IMG/VR virus record: IMGVR_UViG_3300008255_002541
Location: 1 to 40,318 of that record
Length of the DNA: 40,318 nt
Direction: 5' to 3' (one strand)
From: a virus
Lineage: Duplodnaviria > Caudoviricetes
The position numbers and the translations under genes were made by a program. Shown piece after piece: positions 18,010 to 27,600 of the stretch (its first letter is position 1; every line of letters begins with the position of its first letter). Below the pieces are notes generated by a model that searched no databases, was not told the DNA's origin, and saw only the letters and a program-made list of their open reading frames with translations.

Positions 18010-18993
18010 CTATCCTGCGAATACTGAAGCGAGTTTGCCGATTGCGCCCAGCAACGACCCGCGGCTTGTGCCCGAACCGGATGCTTCGGCAGTGCCCGAC
18101 TGCTCACTGGTTTCATCCAGCTGCATGATTTGATTCAGGAACTCGGCAACCTGCTGAGATTGCGTGGTATTGGTATCCGACGTACTCGTGCCGGAACGCC
18201 CAAGCAACTCAGAAAGCTGCGAAAGCACATTCTCCTGTTGCGTTGTCTGGACTGTCTGATTCGCATTGGAGATTGCGTTGACGCCCTGGATGAGTCCACC
18301 CTGTCCAGCGTTGGCAATGTCGGCCGCGCCTGTGAGGCCCGACTGACGCAGCTGCTCGCCTTTGAGCATTGCGTCCGCGCGCACACCGGCCAAGGAAGCT
18401 TCGAGATTCCTGCGTTCTTTTGAAGCAATCAGCGCCGACTGGCTGTTGGTCTTTTCTGACCCACCGGCTTGCGCGAATATCTCAACGAGTTTCGGAACCA
18501 CGTTGTCGTCGAACGCTTGGCGCGCACTAGCGACTGCACCGTCGGCAAGCATACTTGGGTCAAACGACGTAGCGCCACCAGCTGCTGTCGCGCCGAGAGC
18601 GTTCAAGCGCGCATTTGATTCGGCAGCAGTTCCAGAGGCGCCGGACAGGAAACTGGTTAGTTTCGCCAGCGTATCCGCATCGAGCGAAGACTTCTGGGTG
18701 ATTCCTGAGGAAGAAGTCGCCTGCTGCTGAGTGGCCTCGCGCTGCGATGCTTCAGTGGTGGAGGCAACCGTCGAAGAAGTCCCCGACTGTGTAGTCGTGC
18801 TGCCGCCAGTTTGCGCAACGGCCTGCGTACCACTCTTGGAACCCGTGACGTTTTGGGATTCTTCCTGCTTGGTCTTCTGCTTGGAGCCTGTGAGGAACCC
18901 AAGGAGTCCGTAGCAGATGTGACTTTCCATCCGGCGAAGAACGAATCCCTCGGCGGGAGTGGCGTTTGCGTGCGCGTCAATGTTGAATTTCAT
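18010..18993 (-). CDS. Putative ejection/pilot protein (327 aa) with an N-terminal leader
   Basis: Ser/Thr/Gln-rich, amphipathic GLLGFLTG and LLGAIGKLASVF ends, RBS GGGAG, first gene of the ejection cluster. Confidence 0.65.
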   Translation of the reverse strand: MKFNIDAHANATPAEGFVLRRMESHICYGLLGFLTGSKQKTKQEESQNVTGSKSGTQAVAQTGGSTTTQSGTSSTVASTTEASQREATQQQATSSSGITQKSSLDADTLAKLTSFLSGASGTAAESNARLNALGATAAGGATSFDPSMLADGAVASARQAFDDNVVPKLVEIFAQAGGSEKTNSQSALIASKERRNLEASLAGVRADAMLKGEQLRQSGLTGAADIANAGQGGLIQGVNAISNANQTVQTTQQENVLSQLSELLGRSGTSTSDTNTTQSQQVAEFLNQIMQLDETSEQSGTAEASGSGTSRGSLLGAIGKLASVFAG

Positions 18994-18997
18994 CGGC

Positions 18998-20149
18998 TTA
19001 GACTCCCGTGAACGCTATCCACGTATACGCCTTATACGGTGGAAGTGTGGAGGATGACCCAGTAGTGCCGCCGGTATGAGTGTGAGTGGCAGCAGCATCG
19101 CTGGTTGAGCCGCTGTGGCCGTGCGCGGTGCCGGAACCAACGCCGGAAGTGCGCCCCACGTCGGCGGTGTTTGTGGTATGCGAGAGTCCGTAGCGCGGTG
19201 TAGAGTCTCCCGTGCTGCGTGAGGAAGCGAGGAATTTCGCCGACGTCCAGCTGGCATTGTCGAGAGATTCCTCGACGGAAATCATCTGGTGGTAGTGGAC
19301 GGGGAGTTCAGCTTCGGTAAGCGCGTGAGTCGCGACGGTGATTGTATGGGAGTGCGCGCCGTCAGCGCCCGTTGTCCCGCCTGAGTGGGTGTGTGCCGCC
19401 GCCCCGCCAGTCGCGCCGACAGCGTAGGTGGTTCCTGCGCCCACGATGAAGTAGTCGCGGAGGTCAGGAGTCCCGTTAGTCCCGTCGCATACCTGCCAGC
19501 CTGCCGGGATCGAACCAACCGAGCCAGTCCACAGCATCGCCATGCTCGGAAGCAGGAAATCGAGGGCGGCAAGCGCGGCAACGAGTCCGCTGACTTTTGC
19601 CTGCGGGATTTGATCGTCCGCGAGCGTCAGCGTGCCCGCAGAAACGTCCACGTCGCCGACGAGATTGCCGGTCACGTCGCCTGTGAGATTCCCCGTGACA
19701 TCGCCAGTCACATTGCCGGTGACGTTGCCGGTCACGTTACCCGTCACGTTGCCGGTGACGGCGCCTGTGATTCCTCCAGAGAACGTAGTTGCCTGAGTGA
19801 TTTCAGCAGGCAGTGAAATCACCGGCGCGCCGCCAATGCCATCACCGTCAGTGACCGTGACTTGCCCAGCGGTTCCTGCGATTGTGCGGACGGCGAAGCT
19901 TTCAGCCGACAGCCGCACGAGAATCCCGCCATCATCGCCAAGTTCGCTGAGTGCGTCCAGTTCGACAGACTTCGGCTGGTAACGGAGGTCGTTTGCGTCC
20001 CGTGTGGGAATCTTGAGGCCTCCCTGAGTCAGACCATCATGCAAACGCAGTTCGCGATTTTCCGTATCGACGACGATTTCGCCTTCGAGTCCCGTATACC
20101 CGTCCGCTTCCGTGGCGGTGTATCGAATGAATTGCCGACGCTCAGCCAT
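18998..20149 (-). CDS. Tail fibre protein (N-terminal anchor, GNVT repeats, collar domain, HxH needle)
   Basis: GEIVVDT..ELRLHDG.T.GG anchor; IPAGWQVCDGTNGTPDLRDYFIVGAG collar; five HxH motifs; C-terminal LPPY. Confidence 0.88.
   Translation of the reverse strand: MAERRQFIRYTATEADGYTGLEGEIVVDTENRELRLHDGLTQGGLKIPTRDANDLRYQPKSVELDALSELGDDGGILVRLSAESFAVRTIAGTAGQVTVTDGDGIGGAPVISLPAEITQATTFSGGITGAVTGNVTGNVTGNVTGNVTGDVTGNLTGDVTGNLVGDVDVSAGTLTLADDQIPQAKVSGLVAALAALDFLLPSMAMLWTGSVGSIPAGWQVCDGTNGTPDLRDYFIVGAGTTYAVGATGGAAAHTHSGGTTGADGAHSHTITVATHALTEAELPVHYHQMISVEESLDNASWTSAKFLASSRSTGDSTPRYGLSHTTNTADVGRTSGVGSGTAHGHSGSTSDAAATHTHTGGTTGSSSTLPPYKAYTWIAFTGV
19649..19774 (-). repeat. Degenerate 12-bp coding tandem repeat, (G-N/D-V/L-T) about 10 times
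   Basis: GITGAVTGNVTGNVTGNVTGNVTGDVTGNLTGDVTGNLVGDV within the fibre protein. Confidence 0.9.
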
Positions 20150-20150
20150 G

Positions 20151-21920
20151 TTACAGTCTCCCGGCGGGGGTGCCGCTCAGTTCGAGATTCTTGATGTGAA
20201 AGTATTCTCCGACTTCATCGGCAGAGATTGTGACCCGGTGGTAGATTCCGAGGGTGTACACACCGTAGAAGTTTGTCAGCGGCGTGGCCTTTTTGAGTTC
20301 GCCAACGGACGAATTGACTGTGGTCTTGGAGTCATAGGAGGACTCAACGAGAACACCGTAGCTGATGACGTCGAAGAGCGACTCACCCATGTCAACGTCA
20401 ACTTCGGCGAGCGCTTCCATGTCAACGTCGGCATCGGCCAATTCTTCCATGTCGATGGCTTCCAGCGTATCATCGCCAGTTTCGGCGTTGCCGACTGACA
20501 GGTCGGTGATCAACGACAACTCGTCATCGTAACGTGACTCGTCCCACCGCAACAGGCCGACCTTGATGTAACTGTCGAGTCCAATTTGCGGCGGCTCTAC
20601 GACGAATTCACCCGTAACGTCGTACATGCCGAGATTCTTGCCCGCAAGGCCAAGAGCGTACTCGTCGATTCCCGAACGAATCCGCATCGCGTCGGGGAAC
20701 ACGATTGCGTCGCCGCTGGTGTAGGTGTACTGGCGCAGCGGAGGCTTGAACAAGTTGACGTCCGTGGCCACGCTGCTTGATTCGCGGTGCTCGAGGTCCT
20801 CATCCCAGAGGAAGAATCGGCGATCAGATTTGACTGCGCCCCAGTGGAATCCCACGTGCTTGTTCAGCCGGGAACCTGCGTAAGCGATGCTGTAGTGCGG
20901 TTCGTTGAAGATTCCGAACCGCTCCGTGGGAACGTCGAGGACATATGCGCGCTGGTAGATGGGGCGGGCGGAGTCATACGCGAGAGACAAGTACACCCGC
21001 TTGTTGTTTCCGTCCACCTGCAACCGCGCCGCGTATCCGTTGCGCTTCTGCACGTGCTTGAGTTCCTTTCGGAGGAACACGTTGAATAGAGGTTGCCATT
21101 CCTTCGGTGTATCTCCACGTGTCGTATACAACCCTGTTTCGTCAAGGAAAAGGACCTCATCGTTGTCAAGGACTTGGACACAGAAAGAGTTGAGGAGTCG
21201 GGTGCGTTCCTCGCCCACGCGAACGGGACGATGGCGGAACACCACGATGTCGGCAGTCAGTTCACTGCGGAGGATTCGTGACGTTGTGAACGCCAACACG
21301 CCGCCTTGGTAGGGAGCGAGCATGACTCCTTCGCCACCGATGATCGACAGAAGTTGCGTACCTGCGCCGGTCTGAAGGGACGGTGCGAGATCGAGTCCAT
21401 CGTCCTGAGCGCTCCACAGGATTCGCTTCTTGCCGAGTACCACGAGGCGGCCATACGCGCTGCTGACTGCGACAATTGAAGCAGGCAGCCACACACTGGT
21501 GACTTTGTAAACGCGCTTCAGGTCAGTGTCCCAGTACAGGAGTCCCACCGCAGGATGCGCGAAGAAGATTTTGTCGTTCACCAACGCGCTGGTCCAGCGG
21601 TACGGGCGATTCGCTGTGTTCGCGTGCACGTACAGAATGTCGTATTGCAGCGAGTAGGGGTTGAATCGCATGATGCAGCGCTGGCAAAAATGCCAAACTT
21701 CAGATTCGACTTCAATCGTCTGATGATACGCAGGATCGTAGAATTGTTCCTCGGTGAGGTACACGCCGCCGAATCCCGACTTGGGGCCGTCTGCGTCATG
21801 GAGGTAATTGCGCCCTGCCGTCACGTGAGGCTTGTTGACCTTGCGGGAGTCAAGCGATTGCTGAAGCCCCTCGATGTCGGGGACTTTGATAGCAAGTCTG
21901 CTGCGATCGCTGCTAGGCAT
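20151..21920 (-). CDS. Tail nozzle / tail tubular B-like protein (589 aa)
   Basis: Start at ATG 21920 (MPSSDRS) by TAATG coupling. Beta-propeller-like repeats such as YGRLVVLG..RILWS and VLFLDETGLY. The 5' extension in the track overlaps the upstream gene. Confidence 0.7.
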   Translation of the reverse strand: MPSSDRSRLAIKVPDIEGLQQSLDSRKVNKPHVTAGRNYLHDADGPKSGFGGVYLTEEQFYDPAYHQTIEVESEVWHFCQRCIMRFNPYSLQYDILYVHANTANRPYRWTSALVNDKIFFAHPAVGLLYWDTDLKRVYKVTSVWLPASIVAVSSAYGRLVVLGKKRILWSAQDDGLDLAPSLQTGAGTQLLSIIGGEGVMLAPYQGGVLAFTTSRILRSELTADIVVFRHRPVRVGEERTRLLNSFCVQVLDNDEVLFLDETGLYTTRGDTPKEWQPLFNVFLRKELKHVQKRNGYAARLQVDGNNKRVYLSLAYDSARPIYQRAYVLDVPTERFGIFNEPHYSIAYAGSRLNKHVGFHWGAVKSDRRFFLWDEDLEHRESSSVATDVNLFKPPLRQYTYTSGDAIVFPDAMRIRSGIDEYALGLAGKNLGMYDVTGEFVVEPPQIGLDSYIKVGLLRWDESRYDDELSLITDLSVGNAETGDDTLEAIDMEELADADVDMEALAEVDVDMGESLFDVISYGVLVESSYDSKTTVNSSVGELKKATPLTNFYGVYTLGIYHRVTISADEVGEYFHIKNLELSGTPAGRL

Positions 21921-22396
21921 TAGGGCAGAGTCCTCTGGTATTGGACCGTAAGGGGGCTGGCAGGAGTCACTGTGACACTGGCTGGCAGCGGCTCGCTGAT
22001 TGCAAACAACGTGCCCGCGTAACCAGTCTCCACGGTCGCCAGAAACAGGCGGTTGATTGACTTGTCGTAACCGATACCGGAAGCGGTGAAGGTGAGTTCC
22101 GACGACTTGAACAAGACGTGACCGTTGGCGTTTATAATCGTTGGCCAGCCTGTGGCATCGCGCGTGATGGCCTGTCTTGCGTAGCCGTTGACTCCGATGG
22201 TAGGCTCGCGCAGCACCGCGTCCTCCAAGGTGGGGAAATTGGCTGGATTCAACGAAGTCAAACCCAGCCAATAATTCCCGGCAGGCGCGATGACTGTGTT
22301 GTCGCCGCGAAACATCATCTTACCCCAGATTTCTGCGCCTTCTGGAGTCGTTGTATTGGGGATGATGCCCCACGGAGTGACAAATGCGCCTTCCAT
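21920..22396 (-). CDS. Virion structural protein (158 aa)
   Basis: ATG 22396 after AAGGA; YWLGL...EP..NGYARQAI...W...LTFTA pattern of small tail-associated proteins. Confidence 0.65.
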   Translation of the reverse strand: MEGAFVTPWGIIPNTTTPEGAEIWGKMMFRGDNTVIAPAGNYWLGLTSLNPANFPTLEDAVLREPTIGVNGYARQAITRDATGWPTIINANGHVLFKSSELTFTASGIGYDKSINRLFLATVETGYAGTLFAISEPLPASVTVTPASPLTVQYQRTLP

Positions 22397-22412
22397 GTGA
22401 ACCAGTTCCTTG

Positions 22413-22961
22413 TTAGTTGCCGCTCGGGGCGACGAGATTGTTGCCTTTGGAGAGGGAATCAGACGCGCCCTCACCCATCCGCGTCGCGGCGAGTCCGGTG
22501 GCGAAGTAACGCTGCGCGGACGAGTCGCTGTTGCCGCTGAACGCCGACGCCATGCCGGGAAGCGCCGCCGCCCAGTTTGACTGGCGCCCAAACGCCCCGA
22601 GGACGCTGCGTCCATCCACCACGTCGAGAGTGTTGGTGATGAGTACAGGCCGCCCGTCGATTCCTGTCATCTCGGTCGTCTCGGTGGACTTCCAAGTGGC
22701 AGTCAGCTGACGCACTTCCTTGGTAACAGTCCCGTCACTCTTGGAGAGCTTGTACACCCAAGTGTTGGGGACCTTAGCGCAGTTGGACTCGCCGTCGATG
22801 TTGACGAAAGGCGTAGGAATCGGGCCGCAGGCCTTGTCCTTGAACCCCACCATCACCAGACCGCTCGACGCTGTGAAGTAACTCGCCGCGTGATCCCCCG
22901 CGAACGCCAGGCTCGGGAGAATCAGCAACGGAATCAGACTCAGAAAGAACTTCTTCATCAT
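22413..22961 (-). CDS. Secreted/periplasmic protein with a Sec signal peptide
   Basis: MMKKFFLSLIPLLILPSLAFA signal with an A-x-A site; TAATG coupling; two Cys. Confidence 0.75.
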   Translation of the reverse strand: MMKKFFLSLIPLLILPSLAFAGDHAASYFTASSGLVMVGFKDKACGPIPTPFVNIDGESNCAKVPNTWVYKLSKSDGTVTKEVRQLTATWKSTETTEMTGIDGRPVLITNTLDVVDGRSVLGAFGRQSNWAAALPGMASAFSGNSDSSAQRYFATGLAATRMGEGASDSLSKGNNLVAPSGN

Positions 22962-23182
22962 TACATATCCTTAGTTGTTGAACCCGTGCCAGAACCGTCG
23001 CTTGGTTTGGGCTCAGACTCACCAGTGACGTTGTTGTCCTCGTCTCGTTGCACTGAAGTTTCGGCAATACCGAGCAAGCGCTTAAGCCGCTCGATAGAAT
23101 CAGCAGCGATATCGCCCCCCATGCGCGGAAACGAAGGAAACCTTGCGAATCTTGCGAATCTTGCGAATCTTCGGAAGCGCAT
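22961..23182 (-). CDS. Hypothetical 73-aa protein with an (RFA)n N-terminus
   Basis: ATG 6 nt after TAAGGA, immediately after the endolysin stop; its own stop overlaps the next ATG. Confidence 0.55.
   Translation of the reverse strand: MRFRRFARFARFARFPSFPRMGGDIAADSIERLKRLLGIAETSVQRDEDNNVTGESEPKPSDGSGTGSTTKDM
23142..23171. repeat. 9-bp tandem repeat (CTTGCGAAT)x3
   Basis: Exact copies at 23142, 23151 and 23160, creating three GAATC sites. Confidence 0.92.
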
Positions 23183-23191
23183 AGCATTTCC

Positions 23192-23611
23192 TTAGTAGGA
23201 CCAGAGAGCCGGGCGCGGATACTGCGGCGCCGCAAGCAGGTCCAAGTGAATGAATCGCGAAGGGAACGGCCCCTTCTGCTGCACGCCGATCCCTTTGAAC
23301 CCGAGATGAGTCGCGAAGGAAACCAGTGTCCAAGCGGGCGCCCCCGAAACCGCAATGTCCACAGCGAGTCCCGTGGTGTGTGGGCCGTTTTCGCCGGTGG
23401 AGGACACTTTCTTATTGTACTCGGGGGAGCGGTAGCCTGACGTGATGTGCAGCGGGAAACCGCACAGTATCCGCAAGGATTCAAGTTTGTCCAGCAGGCG
23501 GGGGTCGACGATCAGCGATCCAGTGCCCTTGCACTTTAACTCATCGAAGGAAAAATGCGGCCAGCGGAATTGCCCGCCTGTGGATTCCCAAGATTTCCTG
23601 TCATTTATCAT
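23192..23611 (-). CDS. Endolysin, peptidase M15 family (139 aa)
   Basis: Motifs HFSFDELKCK, ITSGYRSPEYN, H..GLAVD and FIHLD. ATG 23611 after AAGGTG. Confidence 0.92.
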   Translation of the reverse strand: MINDRKSWESTGGQFRWPHFSFDELKCKGTGSLIVDPRLLDKLESLRILCGFPLHITSGYRSPEYNKKVSSTGENGPHTTGLAVDIAVSGAPAWTLVSFATHLGFKGIGVQQKGPFPSRFIHLDLLAAPQYPRPALWSY

Positions 23612-23837
23612 TCGGCGGCACCTTGAATTTTTCCAAATCTTCGAGACTGTTCGGCATCCAGTCCTTAGTGAACACGCCAACCAGATACATGACGATTGCG
23701 GTGATGGACGCAGCCGTTTCATTCGTGAGGGGGTATTCGAATCCCACCCAATGCTGCAAACCGCCGTACAGCCACAGCAGAACGACCGTAATCGCTCCGC
23801 TGATACCGCTGAAGTTTACTGAACGAGTCGCACCCAT
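23601..23837 (-). CDS. Putative holin (78 aa, two TM segments)
   Basis: Two hydrophobic helices and a charged C-terminal tail; directly upstream of the endolysin; ATG 23837 after GGGAG. Confidence 0.75.
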   Translation of the reverse strand: MGATRSVNFSGISGAITVVLLWLYGGLQHWVGFEYPLTNETAASITAIVMYLVGVFTKDWMPNSLEDLEKFKVPPNDK

Positions 23838-23869
23838 GTGCTTGCTCCCAATTGCAGCAGTATAATGCA

Positions 23870-23898
23870 GCATTACAATCGAGAGCGCAAGTGTAAAT
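23870..23898 (-). promoter_or_regulatory. Possible lysis-cassette promoter/operator region
   Basis: AT-rich intergenic stretch upstream of the holin, next to the palindrome TAATGC-A-GCATTA (23863-23875). On - it reads TTGCGC-17-CATTAT. Confidence 0.3.
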
Positions 23899-23946
23899 TA
23901 CAGGAGTTGGAGGGAGTCGTGGGAATTACGCGTTATATAACGGTGA

Positions 23947-24618
23947 TCAGTTGATTCCATACAGGTCCGCAGTCGTGCCGTCGGTGAACGCTACGCCACC
24001 AGTGAGTTGCAGCTTGATTGACGTAACAAGAGTCGCGTCATTCAGCAGCCCGTATAAGTCCATAATCCTAGGTCCGCTAGCGTAGTACCCGCCTTTGGTA
24101 ATGATTGTGCGCGGCACCGCCTTGAGATACGACGGGATTCGCATGGTATAGCCTGCGCGCTGATACGCGTTCGAGTTCTGTGGGACATTGCCGCAGAACA
24201 GGTAGGCAAGCGCGCTGCCGTCACCTCCGCTGACTGATGCAGCGGCTGCGAGTAGGTACTGATGATTGTAATTGGAGGAGGTGATTCCGCTGATTATCAT
24301 TTCCATGCCGACGGTACCCGTCCCTGTCTGCGCCGCCTGCCCCTCGAAAACAACTTCTAGGTGCTTTGCGGTAGCGGGGATTCCAGAGAACGTAATGTCT
24401 GTTGCGCTGCCGGTGGTGGTGATAGAGTCAAACAGCTCTACTCCCGATGCCGCGCCAGCACTCAGGTCCGCCCATCCATCGACGGTGTTGTAATGACTCA
24501 TGACGGACGTGTCGGTTGCGTACCACCACGCTGTCATTCCCGCAGGAATGCTGGGAGTCACTGGCCGATCCGCTATGATACCGGAGCCGAGATAAACGTC
24601 AAGATTACCTGCACTCAT
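23947..24618 (-). CDS. Tail fibre-associated structural protein (223 aa)
   Basis: Beta-rich; ITFSGIPATAKHL and ITSI.L..G..F..GT...LYG-type patterns of phage fibre modules; ATGA coupling. Confidence 0.65.
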   Translation of the reverse strand: MSAGNLDVYLGSGIIADRPVTPSIPAGMTAWWYATDTSVMSHYNTVDGWADLSAGAASGVELFDSITTTGSATDITFSGIPATAKHLEVVFEGQAAQTGTGTVGMEMIISGITSSNYNHQYLLAAAASVSGGDGSALAYLFCGNVPQNSNAYQRAGYTMRIPSYLKAVPRTIITKGGYYASGPRIMDLYGLLNDATLVTSIKLQLTGGVAFTDGTTADLYGIN

Positions 24619-27600
24619 GGGGACACCTGTGTGTAAACGAGTTCGCCATCAACCGTGACAAAAGTGGGAGGATCGTCGCCGAGAGTCGTCGGCATGTGAA
24701 TCGCAACAGCGGGAACAACGAACGGCGCCGCGTAGGGACCAAGGTTGGCACGAATCTTTCGCGTGTACGCGCCGTCATTGAGCGCGGGGACTTCCGTATC
24801 CGGGTCCTCCTCGCCGTAGTTGATGACATAGAGTTGGACGTAGACTGCGTCATCGGGAATTGCCACGCCGTTAAGTGCAGCATCGCGCCAGGAATCGCTG
24901 GCAACCCAAGGGCTGTCGTGCGTTTCCAGCAACGTCGGCGTCGTATCGTAGAACTCCATGCGAATGAACATTGTGTCATTGGCGTTCACCGACTTGACGT
25001 CTGCCGCGAATGATAACGCCTCGCTGAACGCCCCGTCGGAGTCAGGGAAGAACCCGAGGGAGGCGAGCGCGACTTGCCCGCTGTCAAACAGGTTACCGCT
25101 GGCGGAGTAGATGGTCGCCGCGCTAGGAAGAATCAAGTTCGCGGGGTGCATCTGACGTTGCGCGAGAACCTCATTCGCCACACTCGCGATGCTGGCGTTT
25201 ACTCCCGCGACTTGTGCGTCGATCGCCGCCACCGCCGCAGCCAAAGCCGCTGCCGAATCCGCATTGCCTGCCGTGATGAGAGTGAGTGTTTCGGCGAGGG
25301 CGGTTGTGAGGGCGGCGAGGGCGGTATTGAGTGAATCAACGGCAGCGGAGAGGGCCGAAACGTCGTCAGCATTAGTTTCAATAAGCGCAAGCAGTTCGGT
25401 GCGAACATTCGTGAGACTCGCTACTGTGGCATTGAGATTTGTAACGCGTGTGTTCAGCGCGGCGATTGAAACGTCTTGCGCATCTTGCGATTCCTGCAGA
25501 ACTGCAACGGCAGCCAAGGCGTCAGCGCGTGCCGCATCACTGAGCGCACCCGCAGCGTCTGTTACACTCGCGAGTCCTGCTTCCAACGCGGCATTAAGCG
25601 CGGTGGTCCCTGACCCTTGCTGAAACAGGACGAGTTCAGCGGAACCATACCCGCTGCCGCTGTCTCGGTTCTCAGGAATCACATGCCGCCCAACGCTCCC
25701 ACCGAGTACAGTGGCGCTTACTTCTCCGTCGGCGCTCCACGTGACTTCTTGGTCTGGAGTGATAACTTCTCCCGATTTAATAGACAGCGGATACAGGTTT
25801 GTTCCTTCGACAAGGACCCATCCGTATTGTCCATTCGCTGGAATCCAGGGTTGTACCAGCAGCCCGAAACCTCGCACAGAGGACGATTTTGTAATATCAT
25901 TGGTGACTTTCCACGCGAAATCCTCGTTCGTGTAGTAGTAACCTACAGGCCCACCGAGTGCTTCGCCGTTCATTTCTTCGAATTGACAGTAGACTGCGTG
26001 CAGTAGCCCGTAGTCGTCATGCTTGAAACGCCCACGACTCCCAGGAATGTACCTCTGGTAGTCGTCCATGATTTCTAGATATTCCCACGGCTGGTCAGTC
26101 CCGCCGGTGTGCAGGCGCACGTGTTCTTCGCGCAGTTGCGCCTGCAGAGTCTTCATGTGCGCGTCAGCTTCGGGAGTGCCGAAGACGTTGTCTACATCAG
26201 GGACGTAGGGGATGGTCGGGCGATACGGAATCCACTCCTTCGGATCGCGAGGAATATGGGAATCCGCGACAACCGTAGTTGCGATATCAAACCGCGGCAC
26301 GCCCAAAAGGTTCACGGGAAGGAATTTTACTACGTTGTTGTGAATCGTATAGTTGGGCACGCCGAGCATGTTGACTGGCTCAAACACGTTGCGGACGTAG
26401 TTAACCGGGTAGCCTGTGTACAGAGTCTCACGGGCACCCCGAGCGAACCGCATGGAGTTGATGCCGTCGACCAGCGTAGCGCGCTTGACTCCAGTAATCA
26501 ACCCGCCGCGAGTAGAGCTTTGCAGCTCGTACATTGTCTCGCGCAGCAGGGAGTCGACTTCGCCCGCCGGATTGCTGCCCGGGTCCCAAGAGTCAAAGCC
26601 GGTTGGGAATGAGCCTGACGGCAGCGGGAACGCCTCAGCCCCGAAGTTTGCTTCACCAACGTCGGGATACCGAAGCAGAGAAGCTGCCGGGTAGAAGTCA
26701 CTCCCGACCATGTAGGAGATATCGACTCCGCCTGTACCCGCTCCCGGATCACCCGTCCCGTTGTTCCACTCAATGGGGTGATTCTCGTCGTCCCACGCAG
26801 GGATTCCAGTAGGCGCACTGACGGTAAAGTCGTCAACATGGAAGGAAGCTGTGATTTCCGAGTTGTCGTAGATGCTGGCGATTGCTTCGTACGGGCCTGC
26901 GCTGCCACCGCCGAGGGAGTTCATGTTCAGCGGATTCGTGTCCGTCTCCGGATCGGCGGTTCCTGAGCCGTTCCAGTTGTTCGTATTCGTGCGGACCCAG
27001 AAGTCCCCATTGTCGGGATTGAACACGACTTGAATCACGTCGCTAACAGACGCAGCACTAACGGTCGCAACAGACGAGCCGTTGCAGTAGACTACGCCAG
27101 TGGACGCGAGGTAGGAGATTCCGAGATTGCCCCCGAGGCCGACCTGCGCGCCGTCATCATTCGACACGTTGCCGACGGGCGCGACGCCGACTCGAAACTG
27201 CCCGCCACCACTGCCTGTGTAGATGACTTGCCACGTGATCTTCCCAGTGCCAGTCTTACGCCGGGAAGTGCTGCGAGTCGTGCGCCATGCGCCGGTCGCA
27301 TAGCCGATTACATTGAGATAGAGTCGCGGGCCGGTGGTACTGGCGTGCAGCAGGTACTGGCTACACCGATCGCGCCGCCACTCCCAGCAAGTCCCGCTAG
27401 TCGGCAACAGAGACTGCCAGTATAGCAGATTGTCGATGTCGATGCAGTGCAGCGTCCAGCCGAATCCGCGCGAGAGCACCGCAGCAAGCTGTTCGACGCC
27501 GTTGCCCAGCAGATTCCGGTTGTGCTTGTAGTTGCTGATGCCGCCAGCGAGTTCGCCCAGCCAATCTTCGTTGGCGATGGATTGGTTCTCGTCGGCGAAT

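Noticed and set aside
18998-20149. Diversity-generating retroelement targeting the fibre
   Set aside because: No reverse transcriptase and no template/variable repeat pair were seen.
21921-22615. 5' extensions of track ORFs 20151..22271 and 21920..22615
   Set aside because: They overlap neighbouring genes; better starts with coupling or RBS exist at 21920 and 22396.
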